From an uncultured Candidatus Saccharimonas sp. (lineage in GTDB: Bacteria; Patescibacteriota; Saccharimonadia; Saccharimonadales; AWTP1-31): a stretch of DNA of 24,000 bases. The stretch is from NCBI GenBank assembly GCA_943353855.1, contig CALRBD010000006.1, positions 1-24,000 of the forward strand, in the 5' to 3' direction. Shown here in pieces: positions 9,601 through 18,000 of this stretch (the stretch's first letter is position 1; the number at the start of each line of letters is the position of its first letter). Below the pieces are notes generated by a model. The model did not search any database. It was not told the origin of the DNA and worked only from the letters and a program-made list of their open reading frames with translations. A program made the translations under genes and the position numbers.

Positions 9601-10221
9601 AAATGGATGTCTTTGGTCCATCCATGCCTCCACATTATCGCCTATAGCATTTCCAATAAGGCCGTTTGCTCCTCTAGATGTCTGAAGACCTATGAGTGAA
9701 CCTTTCTTGTAACTTAATATATAGCCATCTGCCGCTAGCTCGTCTACCATCTTATTGGCCATGCGACCACCAGGTTTAAAGAAATTTTTCATCTTAGGAA
9801 TTTTCCCTTGCCGATATTTTCTTTGCTGGTACATTTGCACATTGCCAATCCGGCCAATGAGCATTTCCTTGAGCTGGTTGACTAGTAAGTTTGGAATTTG
9901 TAAGAAAATTAATATAAATCCAGTGATTAATGAAGAAGCGATACCAAAACCAATTGCTGCTCTTTTTTTGGAAAGCCTTGATTTAAAGGAATTACCTTTC
10001 GGCTTCCCTGGTTTGTATAACGAGCCCCCTTCGGATTTGTCTGCTTTAGTTGAAGAGGACTTCGCTCCCGATTTTTCCTTAGCTTGAATGTCTTTCGATG
10101 ACATGGCATCACTAGAAGATCCTTCATCCCCAGTTTCGCTTGTTTTGTCTAGGGACGTTTTCCAAGCGGGCTTATCCTCGTCGTAGATTCCTGCATTTCG
10201 TTCTTCTAGATCTGTCGCCAT
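6670..10221 (-). CDS. 1183-aa membrane-anchored multidomain protein with C-terminal SGNH/GDSL hydrolase and M23 (LytM) metallopeptidase domains
   Basis: Acidic/Ser-rich N-terminus of about 85 aa, one TM helix (AAIGFGIASSLITGFILIFLQIP) and a region of about 730 aa with no recognisable family. The SGNH domain (nt 7207-7698) has blocks GDS (VGDSLT), GxN (LGTNA) and DxxH (DGIHLN). The M23 domain (nt about 6673-7090) has HxxxD (HKYKAHD) and HxH (HLHF) motifs. The gene starts 3 nt after the virB4 stop. Confidence 0.85.
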   Translation of the reverse strand: MATDLEERNAGIYDEDKPAWKTSLDKTSETGDEGSSSDAMSSKDIQAKEKSGAKSSSTKADKSEGGSLYKPGKPKGNSFKSRLSKKRAAIGFGIASSLITGFILIFLQIPNLLVNQLKEMLIGRIGNVQMYQQRKYRQGKIPKMKNFFKPGGRMANKMVDELAADGYILSYKKGSLIGLQTSRGANGLIGNAIGDNVEAWMDQRHPFRSSRWKTKRMNAFKKIYGVTSTSVIDAAKAKNSPDKDLPANNQVNKNVATEVLDPNKKGEIDAINTTNDTDGKTPEEKQSYEERAAKANDTGGALTEELDAERKAILTEGADVNTKGIAAGIASGTIDEALQESLENGAASVSFGSKFTAGAKGLLNPLDILDKVCTIKKRAQTAIQLARAARSIKLIRYAMVFINAADDTRRGNADPKLLNSLMKRVMSEDSNGNSIGGSPGFAYMMKSKFSKSRNKQTKQSVAVDGKLTGVVGGINEKLDGTPGLGAGCPVVQNPIVQVGAGAASVVAGVFSGGQSEVAILLAEGSFKIALQTVVKDIVASIISKQALKQVALGAIGNLGFEAFMGYMQAYVQKQLTLPFTGQEKGGQLGDILVAGAGASNKQRSLSAGMVPATTQQYAAAEGEYIAWRNEQFKNLSFKEKLLNPEQPNNLMFNLALATPTSVTGLVNSSKDASVSLASSVLNPGRYLSTLGNLFTGRVSAEVGDEVSYDTYTLNGSNGKKTDLATDPAGNLQVIMRPDIEAIDPEPNSDALIADNQIDAQTLLPIEGSAFARHVENCVENTDILTQIEESDESDCLAEKQQTKQFKAHLAYLDTTDAFEAEFFPEDIDTPSAADSAAIGSGNNKVYTVGDSLTVGMRDAGGLRDKYTAAGWDSTDIEATVGDRTEQAITKVTVDSAIVAQAGTVVVMLGTNASTGYAEKIKQMVDTIRGINPTANIVWMNSRTDKQDYAADNSSLLLQSLALKFKVIDWSSEYAKNKAKYPGAGDGIHLNGAGYAAKSTFLISQLGPPPAAGAGVSAGLTWPLQQSKAQVQSSLGSCLQIAQKSICDAGHKYKAHDLFAAPGTPVLAASSGTVLKADKGDCGHGFGSAFTVTVYDSVNDATYFYQHMDPGAGGVAKGAVLKPGDKIGVVGSSPAACNSPPHLHFDAMKGKGRAQCSRDACSADVKARFIDISKGLYQGYEVLP

Positions 10222-10223
10222 AA

Positions 10224-12137
10224 TTATGATCCTGGGGTTAGTCTATTAGTAAGATCAATTGTACCTTGAGGTTGATTTAATTCACCCTGCTGCTCTATCG
10301 CCTTAACCTGATCAGGGTTAGTCGTAATAAGTGCGGTTTCAGTCGGGCTGCCGCTAATCTGTATGTGCACGTGACTTTGACCTGCAAAGAAGAGACCCTG
10401 ACCGACTGGGAATTGACTAAGACGCTTCTTTTCCTCACTTGTTAATTTAAATACTTCAGCTAGCTTATCTATAGCAGATGATGACTGCTTGAGAAGAAGC
10501 TGCATACTAGCGTTAGCCACGATCGCACGGCCCATTCGACTATTCATGAAATCTTCAACATCCTGGCTTATAGTTGTAATACCAAGGTTATATTTACGAG
10601 AACGTTTAGCTAGGCTGAACATGAAGTTTGCTGAATCTTCGTATTTCATGAGCTGCCAGGCCTCATCGATAATCAGGATACGTCTTTTCTTATCGCTCTT
10701 AGTCTTATTCCAGATGTAGTTCAGAACAATATACATAGCAACTGGACGTAGTTCATCTTCTAGGTCACGAATGTTAAAAACAACCATCGGATTGTTAATA
10801 TTAGTATTAGACTGTTGGCTAAATATTCCTGCGAAAGTTCCAGTAGTATATTTACGTAATCGTTGAGCAAGCTGAGGGCCAGTACCTCCCATGTGCAATA
10901 AGACATCGTAAAGATCTACGATTGTTGGCGGCAGTGCTTTATGTGTTAGTGGATCGTTTGTAATGCCGGCTTTTGAGTAAGTTTCAATAAGGGCAGCATC
11001 AAGATCAGATTCTTCTACCGGGTTAAGCGCAGGCATCGAAGCTGTTCCGCCTGAAACCATTTGTGATTGTGCTCCACCCATCATGAGGCGTAGCAAACCA
11101 TGGAGCGTTATGATGTTACTTCGAAGGGCATTGTCTGCATCTTCGTTATCAATAACTAACGGAAGGTCAAAAGGGTTAATGCGTGTTGCTGAGTTTAGGC
11201 TTAATCTTACGTATGAACCTCCAACAGCTTCACACATCCTTTGGTATTCGTTCTCTGGGTCAATAATAAAGATCTCAGTACCGAACATTAAACTTCGAAG
11301 TGCCTCAAGTTTTACTGCAAAAGATTTTCCTGCTCCAGACTTAGCAAATACAACAGAGTTTCCATTTTCAAGACTAAATCTATCAAAAATAACTAAGCCC
11401 GAGTTGTGCATGTTTATGCCATATAATATTCCATTATCTTGACTTAAATCCGCACTAGTAAATGGAAAACTTGTGCTGATAGCACCTGTGTTCATATTTC
11501 TTCTAATTAGAAGTTGATCTGTAAATTGCGGTATTACACTGTTAAAGGCTTGCTCCTGCTGAGACGTTGCTGCTTTAGAATAAACTAGCTGTTGACCTAG
11601 TACTGACTCAATTTTATGTGTTACAAACTCTAGCTCATCCAGGCTAGACCCGTAAATAGTGAAATACATACCAAACCGGAAGAAACGTTCTTCACCCACT
11701 TGAAGCTTATCTCGCATTTCTTCGGCATCTTGAATTGCAGCCTGCTTACCTGGGTCACGTGTTCTACCCTTCTCTGCATCAATCTGTAAACCAGCTTCAA
11801 GCTGAGTAACCTTTTTTCTGAGGTTTTCAAGCACAACCTGACTTTCTACGGGGTAAATATACATAGAAAGATCCATAACCTCATCCATATTAACCATACT
11901 ACTCAGCCAGCCTGTGAAAACTTGTCGAGGGTATCCATATACATATAGGGTTCGTGCGAAACGGGTTCCAATATGAAAGAAATTATTTTCATAGACTAAA
12001 GAGCTTGGTGCAATAAAATCGCGTAGTGCGGTAACACCTTTTTGGAAGGCTGCACCTACCTCTTGCTCTTCTTTGACTTTTTGAGCTTGAGCTATCGCTA
12101 CAGGATCTGCAGCTTGTTTTTTCTTTCCGAACGCCAT
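10224..12137 (-). CDS. virB4: VirB4/TraE/PrgJ-family type IV secretion ATPase
   Basis: 637-aa ORF with a VirB4-type N-terminal domain (ARTLYVYGYPRQVFTGWLSSM), Walker A (AKSGAGKSFAVK) and Walker B (RILIIDEAWQL). The start ATG overlaps the stop of the upstream gene (TAATG). Confidence 0.9.
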   Translation of the reverse strand: MAFGKKKQAADPVAIAQAQKVKEEQEVGAAFQKGVTALRDFIAPSSLVYENNFFHIGTRFARTLYVYGYPRQVFTGWLSSMVNMDEVMDLSMYIYPVESQVVLENLRKKVTQLEAGLQIDAEKGRTRDPGKQAAIQDAEEMRDKLQVGEERFFRFGMYFTIYGSSLDELEFVTHKIESVLGQQLVYSKAATSQQEQAFNSVIPQFTDQLLIRRNMNTGAISTSFPFTSADLSQDNGILYGINMHNSGLVIFDRFSLENGNSVVFAKSGAGKSFAVKLEALRSLMFGTEIFIIDPENEYQRMCEAVGGSYVRLSLNSATRINPFDLPLVIDNEDADNALRSNIITLHGLLRLMMGGAQSQMVSGGTASMPALNPVEESDLDAALIETYSKAGITNDPLTHKALPPTIVDLYDVLLHMGGTGPQLAQRLRKYTTGTFAGIFSQQSNTNINNPMVVFNIRDLEDELRPVAMYIVLNYIWNKTKSDKKRRILIIDEAWQLMKYEDSANFMFSLAKRSRKYNLGITTISQDVEDFMNSRMGRAIVANASMQLLLKQSSSAIDKLAEVFKLTSEEKKRLSQFPVGQGLFFAGQSHVHIQISGSPTETALITTNPDQVKAIEQQGELNQPQGTIDLTNRLTPGS

Positions 12138-13090
12138 TAGTGCATCTCCCTATCTAGACCTGGTTGTGGTGCTTCACCAACACCTTTAGATACTACAGGT
12201 ACTGAAAGATCTTCAAAATTCTTAAGTGGTTGGCGGGTCGCAGTGTCGGGGTTGTAGCTGTCATAGTAAAGTTCAATTAACTCTTGGGTATCAAGTGGTA
12301 GGCCTTGAATACCGCACTGCATAAGTCCTCCTAATACCGCCTGCACTCTGTTACGTAGCTCATCCTTTGCCTTCACTAGATCAGCTTCATTAATCAGCAC
12401 CTGGTTTTGTGGTTTCTTACTGAAAAGTGCTGAGACACCCTTAACGAGACCCTTACTTGAAGACAATGCTTTTTGTACATCAACCACAGGATAGTAAGGA
12501 ATAACTACATAGAACTTCTTGTCCATGATATTAACTTGCTGGCTTATAGTGTCCATGTAATTAATGTAGTCATCCATAAGTACCGCTAAGAGCATATTGT
12601 CATGCTCTGAGCGTATTTTATCGAGCTTTTGAATGTAGGGTCCGAGATCAACCTTTTGAGACCGAATCGTAATTTGAATAGGAAAATATAAAGAGTTTAA
12701 AAAGCCCTGATAGCTAAATTCAACTGATTCCCTTTCCTCAGGACTCATAAGATCAAAATTAATAGATTTAACCATGATAATCGAACGGAAGCTGCCGTCA
12801 TTCATAATTACAATACCGTCACGTATCTCTGCCATCTGCAAAGCGTTTTGTGTGCTATTAGGATTTGATTTGGGCGCAGCAACTGGAGTTTGTATTACGC
12901 CTGGCTGCTGTGAACCTGATCTAGTCTGGGGTGCATACATATTTCCAGGAATATTTGTTACTGGCACTGAACCGGGCATAGCAATAGACTGAGAAGCAAC
13001 GCCACTCGTCGGAGGAGGCCCATAAGGATTAGATGGGACGCCAGTTGTATTTGCTTGACCCATTTGAGGTTGATTATAAGAAGGATTCAT
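12137..13090 (-). CDS. hypothetical T4SS-associated protein: Pro/Gln/Asn-rich N-terminus plus a globular domain resembling a VirB4 N-terminal domain
   Basis: 317-aa ORF translationally coupled to virB4. The first 85 aa or so are low complexity (NPSYNQPQMGQ...PGVIQTPVAAPK). The rest (IRDGIVIMNDGSFRSIIMVKSINFDLMSPEERESVEFSYQGFLNSLYFPIQITIRS...KKFYVVIPYY) follows the same strand/helix pattern as the first 180 aa or so of the adjacent VirB4. It has no Walker motifs. Confidence 0.6.
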   Translation of the reverse strand: MNPSYNQPQMGQANTTGVPSNPYGPPPTSGVASQSIAMPGSVPVTNIPGNMYAPQTRSGSQQPGVIQTPVAAPKSNPNSTQNALQMAEIRDGIVIMNDGSFRSIIMVKSINFDLMSPEERESVEFSYQGFLNSLYFPIQITIRSQKVDLGPYIQKLDKIRSEHDNMLLAVLMDDYINYMDTISQQVNIMDKKFYVVIPYYPVVDVQKALSSSKGLVKGVSALFSKKPQNQVLINEADLVKAKDELRNRVQAVLGGLMQCGIQGLPLDTQELIELYYDSYNPDTATRQPLKNFEDLSVPVVSKGVGEAPQPGLDREMH

Positions 13091-13120
13091 ATATTTGTTT
13101 GCTACCCACCCGCTCTAGTA

Positions 13121-14107
13121 CTAATGAAGAGAAACAATTACTTCTTCGTCGAGTTGCCCATGAGCTTGATTGGTCTCACGCGCAAGACTTTCAACGGTTC
13201 TATCATTGTTCCTTGCAAGTTCAATTGTAACAGGGTCAGGGGCTACTGTCACTTGTGAAACTGGACTTTTTTGCGTTGGAACATCACTAATAGGTGCCAA
13301 TGATTTATGGTTTCTGAATGATTGACCAAATTGACTTTTATTCTCATGAATTTCATCAAGAAAAGCTTTTTCATTTGGATCGAGACCGCTTTCTTTATTC
13401 TTAAAAGCAGCTGGAAGATCCCCGTCATTACTAGGATTATTCTGCATAAACCAATTTGGTCGGGCATCATCTGGTTTATGCATCTGCTCTATTATTTCAC
13501 TCTTATGTTTTTGACTGTTTTCTTCTATTTTTGCAGCTATCTGAGCGGCTTGCGGATTATCAAATATATCCTCACTATCCGGGATATCTACAGCCGATAT
13601 TACAGAAGGAAGCATTGTAGGGTTCATCAATCTATCGCTAGCAGCCCCTCCAGCTGCAGCATAGGCAGGATTACTAACGATATTTTTAGTAGCCCAGCCT
13701 CGAGTATCTACAGTCTCTGCTAATGCTCTAAGCCTTTGTCTTACCTCATCTTGCGATAGGTTATCGCTAGTATATTGCGCCACTACTTTAGGAACATTAA
13801 TCTTTACTAGTTCTTGAATTCCAGTCTGATCCCATATTCTTTTACGTGGCTTAAAGTAAAATCGCAGTTTAGCTAGAAGCCACGTCTCTGTTGGCTGGTC
13901 TCTTCCCCACGGGAAGGCTAGAAAACCTGTAACAAGAATAAGTGGAAATAGTGGGATCGCCAAAAGCGGTAAGCCCTTTGTTATAAAAAGAAAACTCAAA
14001 TATGAACTCACTAATGCGATTGAACCAAAGATAAATTGTTTTAAGGTTAAGGGCCCTAAAAACTTATCTTCTGCTTCTATATCTTGTAATACTTTGTATG
14101 TTGCCAT
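13121..14107 (-). CDS. PrgI-family (VirB3-like) membrane protein with a long C-terminal extension
   Basis: The N-terminus MATYKVLQDIEAEDKFLGPLTLKQFIFGSIALVSSYLSF matches the PrgI-family signature (D-I-x-x-x-E-D-K-x-x-G-P-x-T-x-[KR]-Q-F-I). Two TM helices follow. The remaining 230 aa or so are polar and low complexity. Position upstream of virB4 fits a VirB3 role. Confidence 0.7.
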   Translation of the reverse strand: MATYKVLQDIEAEDKFLGPLTLKQFIFGSIALVSSYLSFLFITKGLPLLAIPLFPLILVTGFLAFPWGRDQPTETWLLAKLRFYFKPRKRIWDQTGIQELVKINVPKVVAQYTSDNLSQDEVRQRLRALAETVDTRGWATKNIVSNPAYAAAGGAASDRLMNPTMLPSVISAVDIPDSEDIFDNPQAAQIAAKIEENSQKHKSEIIEQMHKPDDARPNWFMQNNPSNDGDLPAAFKNKESGLDPNEKAFLDEIHENKSQFGQSFRNHKSLAPISDVPTQKSPVSQVTVAPDPVTIELARNNDRTVESLARETNQAHGQLDEEVIVSLH

Positions 14108-14167
14108 TTACTTATATATTAGCAAAGTTTTAGTGCTCTAAGTAGAGTATTACAAAAAAACCATAAG

Positions 14168-15007
14168 CTATTTTGACGATATCTCACTTTTTAAGTCTTC
14201 ATGCGCTTCCCTCTTTCGAGTAACTGCATTTCTATTTCTAGCTTGCTGACGCCCTTTTCTCATAACTTGTTTTTCAGCACGTCTAGTTTTACGGTGTGCT
14301 CTTCGCATAATTAAGCGAGAATAGTCTCCAACTCCTTCTTGCTTTTTCCGCTCTTTTGAGACGCTTCTAGTAGTATGGCGATCAACTTTAGTTATAATGG
14401 TACGATCAGCCTCCCTAATCCTGCGCCTTGCAGTTGAAGCGTCTACAGTTCCCGTAAGAAAATCACGACCTGCACTAAGCTTTCCAGTTATCTTGTTTAA
14501 CCTGGTTCTCCGAATGTTGGTAATCGGTCCTCTTGCGGATCTTTGTTTTTTTGCATATACTTTTGCATCTCTATATTTTTCGATTTTTCGATTCATTCGC
14601 CAATCTTTTAATTGCGTATAAAGATTACTAGATTCACGATCCGGTGCTTGTCTACCGCTACGACTATATATGTCTGATGTAAGCAGTGCTTCCATTCCTA
14701 TAGACCTGACAGTCTTCTGAGTCGAAATTGCCTCCTGATGACTGTCGGCGGCACTGTCTAGTGCTCTCTCGCCTCTTGCTTCCCTGACCAATGTAAGCCT
14801 TACGCCGGCAGCAGACAAAGCAAGCCTGCCTACATCAAAGGCCTGTTCCGCCCTCTCGCCAACGCGTTCCGCTCTCTCGCCTAATTCTTCCCCGATCAAT
14901 GTAAGCCTTGCACCGGCAGCAGACAAAGCAAGCCTGCCTACATCAAAGGCTTGTTTCGCTATTTCGCCAACGCGTTCCTTTATTGGCTTAGGTGACTCAC
15001 TACTCAT
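14168..15007 (-). CDS. hypothetical highly basic soluble protein with a tandem 36-aa N-terminal repeat
   Basis: 279-aa ORF with no TM segment. It has two copies of AFDVGRLALSAAG[AV]RLTL embedded in ERVGE...GERA units. The C-terminal half is very Arg/Lys-rich (RRTRLNK, RRRIREADR, RRAHRKTRRAEKQVMRKGRQQARNRNAVTRKR). It lies between the VirB6-like and PrgI-like genes. Confidence 0.7.
   Translation of the reverse strand: MSSESPKPIKERVGEIAKQAFDVGRLALSAAGARLTLIGEELGERAERVGERAEQAFDVGRLALSAAGVRLTLVREARGERALDSAADSHQEAISTQKTVRSIGMEALLTSDIYSRSGRQAPDRESSNLYTQLKDWRMNRKIEKYRDAKVYAKKQRSARGPITNIRRTRLNKITGKLSAGRDFLTGTVDASTARRRIREADRTIITKVDRHTTRSVSKERKKQEGVGDYSRLIMRRAHRKTRRAEKQVMRKGRQQARNRNAVTRKREAHEDLKSEISSK
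14766..14981. repeat. two tandem copies of a 108-bp unit inside the basic-protein CDS
   Basis: Copy A spans 14766-14873 and copy B spans 14874-14981. Both share the identical core CCGGCAGCAGACAAAGCAAGCCTGCCTACATCAAAGGC and the ends CTCTCGCC / AACGCGTTCC. The period of 108 bp equals 36 codons, so the repeat is in frame. Confidence 0.85.
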
Positions 15008-15056
15008 AATATTTCCATACTAACATCATTAATAATTAGTACAAATAATCCTTTTT

Positions 15057-18000
15057 CTAAGACTTGATTTCCGAGCTTATTACTACTGAACTTCGCTTCT
15101 TAAATTCAGCATAAGTAATAAAATCTATGTCAATACGAGAGTAGTAGACCTTATAATATCCCCATTTATCTACAGTTACTGCTTCTGGATATTGTTTGGC
15201 TATTTCTTGAGCAATAACACCAACATACTCAACTTCACTCCATAGGTACTTATATCTATATACTTTAATGCCAGAATCGTTGGTGTAAAAGTATTTAATC
15301 TCTTTTTTGAGCCGACGATCACTCGTAGTTGGCTGGCTAGAAGTTCTAGATCGCATGGTAGGATCAATAAGCTCTGCAACACGACCGTTGGATAGAATAC
15401 TCATTCTTCCTGCACGACTTGGATCTGTAGTATATCCAAAATGGTTTGCGAGCATTTCTGTTACAGCTGGCTGTCCCAAATCGGGATCTATGCCAAGGTC
15501 TTGCAACATACCAATCGCTTCGTCCCTACTCTCACCAAGAGAACCTTGGTATAAGCCCGTTATGAGCTCATGTCCAAATGTAAAGCTGTCTGCTCGGTCT
15601 TCATCCAGCATAGTAGGATCCATCGTGGCAACTCGTGCTGCGTCTGTTCGAACTATATCCCGTGTTGCTGCAGCCGATTCAGCGTTCGTGACCATTGCCG
15701 CTGCACCAACTCTTTTACTTGTATCCTTGTAGGCATTTCGTCTCGCTCTGTAAGTATCTGGATTTGCAGCGGCATCTCCTAAGCCTCCACCTATATCCAT
15801 TCTCTGTGCACCACGAAGGCTGAAGGCTGCCGCACCACGAAGATCTTCTTGTTCAAGTGCCGAACCGCCCATTCGCGCGATACCACGTTCAAATGATCCG
15901 ACATCACCGTTAGCAATACCCATGCCCTTATTCGCACCCATATTTGCTATTGCAGCTGCCGAGTTAGTCTTGGAGAAGCCTTGTACTGCCGCCGCCTGAT
16001 AGGCTCTATTGAATCTAGCAGTTTGGGTCGCTTCGAATTCATCCCGTGCTTGTGCGGTCGCACCCGGATTTTGTCTGTCGAAAGTTTCCATCTGGCCTCT
16101 TACAAGATCGTTTACGGCTTCTCTTCCGCCCGCAGTAGTTCCTCCAGAAAGGGCGCTCACAGTTGCAGCCTCGCCATCTCTAGTAAGAAAATTTTGGAAA
16201 GCCGGGTCTTTCGCAGCATCTCCTGAAATGTTACTTAAATTACGCTTCCTAGCTTCATTACCTTTAGTTCCTATACCAAAGCGACCGCGAGTACCTGTCG
16301 CTAATCCAGATACGCCACGGTTAAGGCCTGCCGAAATACTCTGCCCATACCTGCCGCTACGAATTAAATCTCCGGTCTTTGCATCTCTACCCATCTGAGC
16401 ATATCCTTGTTGTCGGCGCTTACGAAGCTTGTCAAGGCCTGGACGTCCAGTATCCTGAATCTTCGATGCTACTGCACCAAAAACACCGCCAGCAGCTTTA
16501 AATGTAAATGGAATAAGTGCATAAGGGATAACATAAGCAGTCAGTTTAATGATTGTTCCGTAAAGGCCAGTAAAAGCGCCGGCAGCTGAAAAAGCGAATA
16601 TACGTCCTGCTCCTATTAATGCCATTACCATTGGATACATTAGAAGAAGTTTAGTAAAATTGCTCCACCAAAACTGCCACGCTTTAGCACTACCAGGAAA
16701 AATCCATGCAAGAATAGCTAGCGGAGCGAAAAGGATTAGTACAATTATGAACATTTGTCTTGCTATTAAAGTCACAAATGCCATCAGCAAAACAAGTAAT
16801 GCGCCCCCTAGCCATGTCCCGACAATCCCTAGGGCTCCTGAAGTGGCGAATATGCTGACTGCACCTACAAAAAGTACACCACCTTGAAGTGCCCCGTCAG
16901 CCCCGTCCACTTTAAATAACGTGCTTATATTTTCGTTGCCTATGTTTCCAAAAGGAGCTTGCATTATACCTAAAAGACCTTGACCTATAGAAGTTGTGAC
17001 ATCAATAAGTAAAATACATAGCCACCATGACAGGAGTATGAATATAATTGAAGCAATCAATTTAGGGAATGCTTTTTTAACTGTGTAGGCGTCCAGGAAG
17101 CTGAGACCCAGGGCTGTGCTGATAACTATTATCATCATAGCTGCTACAAGTAACGATAGAGCGATATTTCGAAAGCCTGTCCATGCAGACTTAAGGCCAG
17201 CATTTTCTTTATATTGATTGGGTTGTAGCACCATAAGATTTTGCACTTGATCGTCAATCCAAGTAGTAGTAGAGCCAATAATATTGATAATTGGGCAACC
17301 AAACCAACCTGTTACCCCTGATTGTCCTTCGCAAGAATCGTCTGCTCCACCAGTTGTTGACCCTGAGTCGCTATTAGCTATGCCAGGAGGAATTTGATCC
17401 TTGTTGCCAGTAACCTTAGCGTAGGCTGCATAGTTGTTACTCATCCTATTACCTATATTTACACAACTTTGCTCTCCGTCTTCCACGCCATGTGTTCCGT
17501 AACCAACTGAAGCTGTTCCATTGTCATCGTTTACTGTATAAGTTTTGTCACCTATTGTTACAGTATCACTGTTTGATCCATAGACATTTGTCACAATCTT
17601 TGCACCACAGCCCTTAACGAACGCCGCCGAATAATTAAGATAAGTCATAGCCTTTTTCTCATCGTCACTTACGCCTTCATTCTGTTTCTTAATAGAAGCA
17701 TTTATCTGGTCTTTAACCTTGGCTTTAGCTGGACCTCCGGTCTTGCCGGTCAAAAAACCATCCGATTCTTTGTATGTGTAGTTTGGTACATTATTCCTAT
17801 TTATAAAATAAAGTGAATTATCATTTTTTTTAAGATTACCGGTCGAAGGGCCAGCATAAGGATTATCTCCACTATACCAACCAGTGTAACGCTTGCTGTC
17901 ACTTCCGTTTACGAGGAGAAGCTTAAACCAGGCATCTTGTCTTGAACTTTTTCCGTCCTCACAGTCCCAATCTCCATACTGTTGCTCAACTATATGGCCA

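Noticed and set aside
14766-14981. The tandem 108-bp repeat as a possible CRISPR or minisatellite
   Set aside because: There are only two copies, directly adjacent with no spacers. They are in frame (36 codons) inside a coherent ORF. No cas genes or short palindromic repeats occur anywhere in the window.
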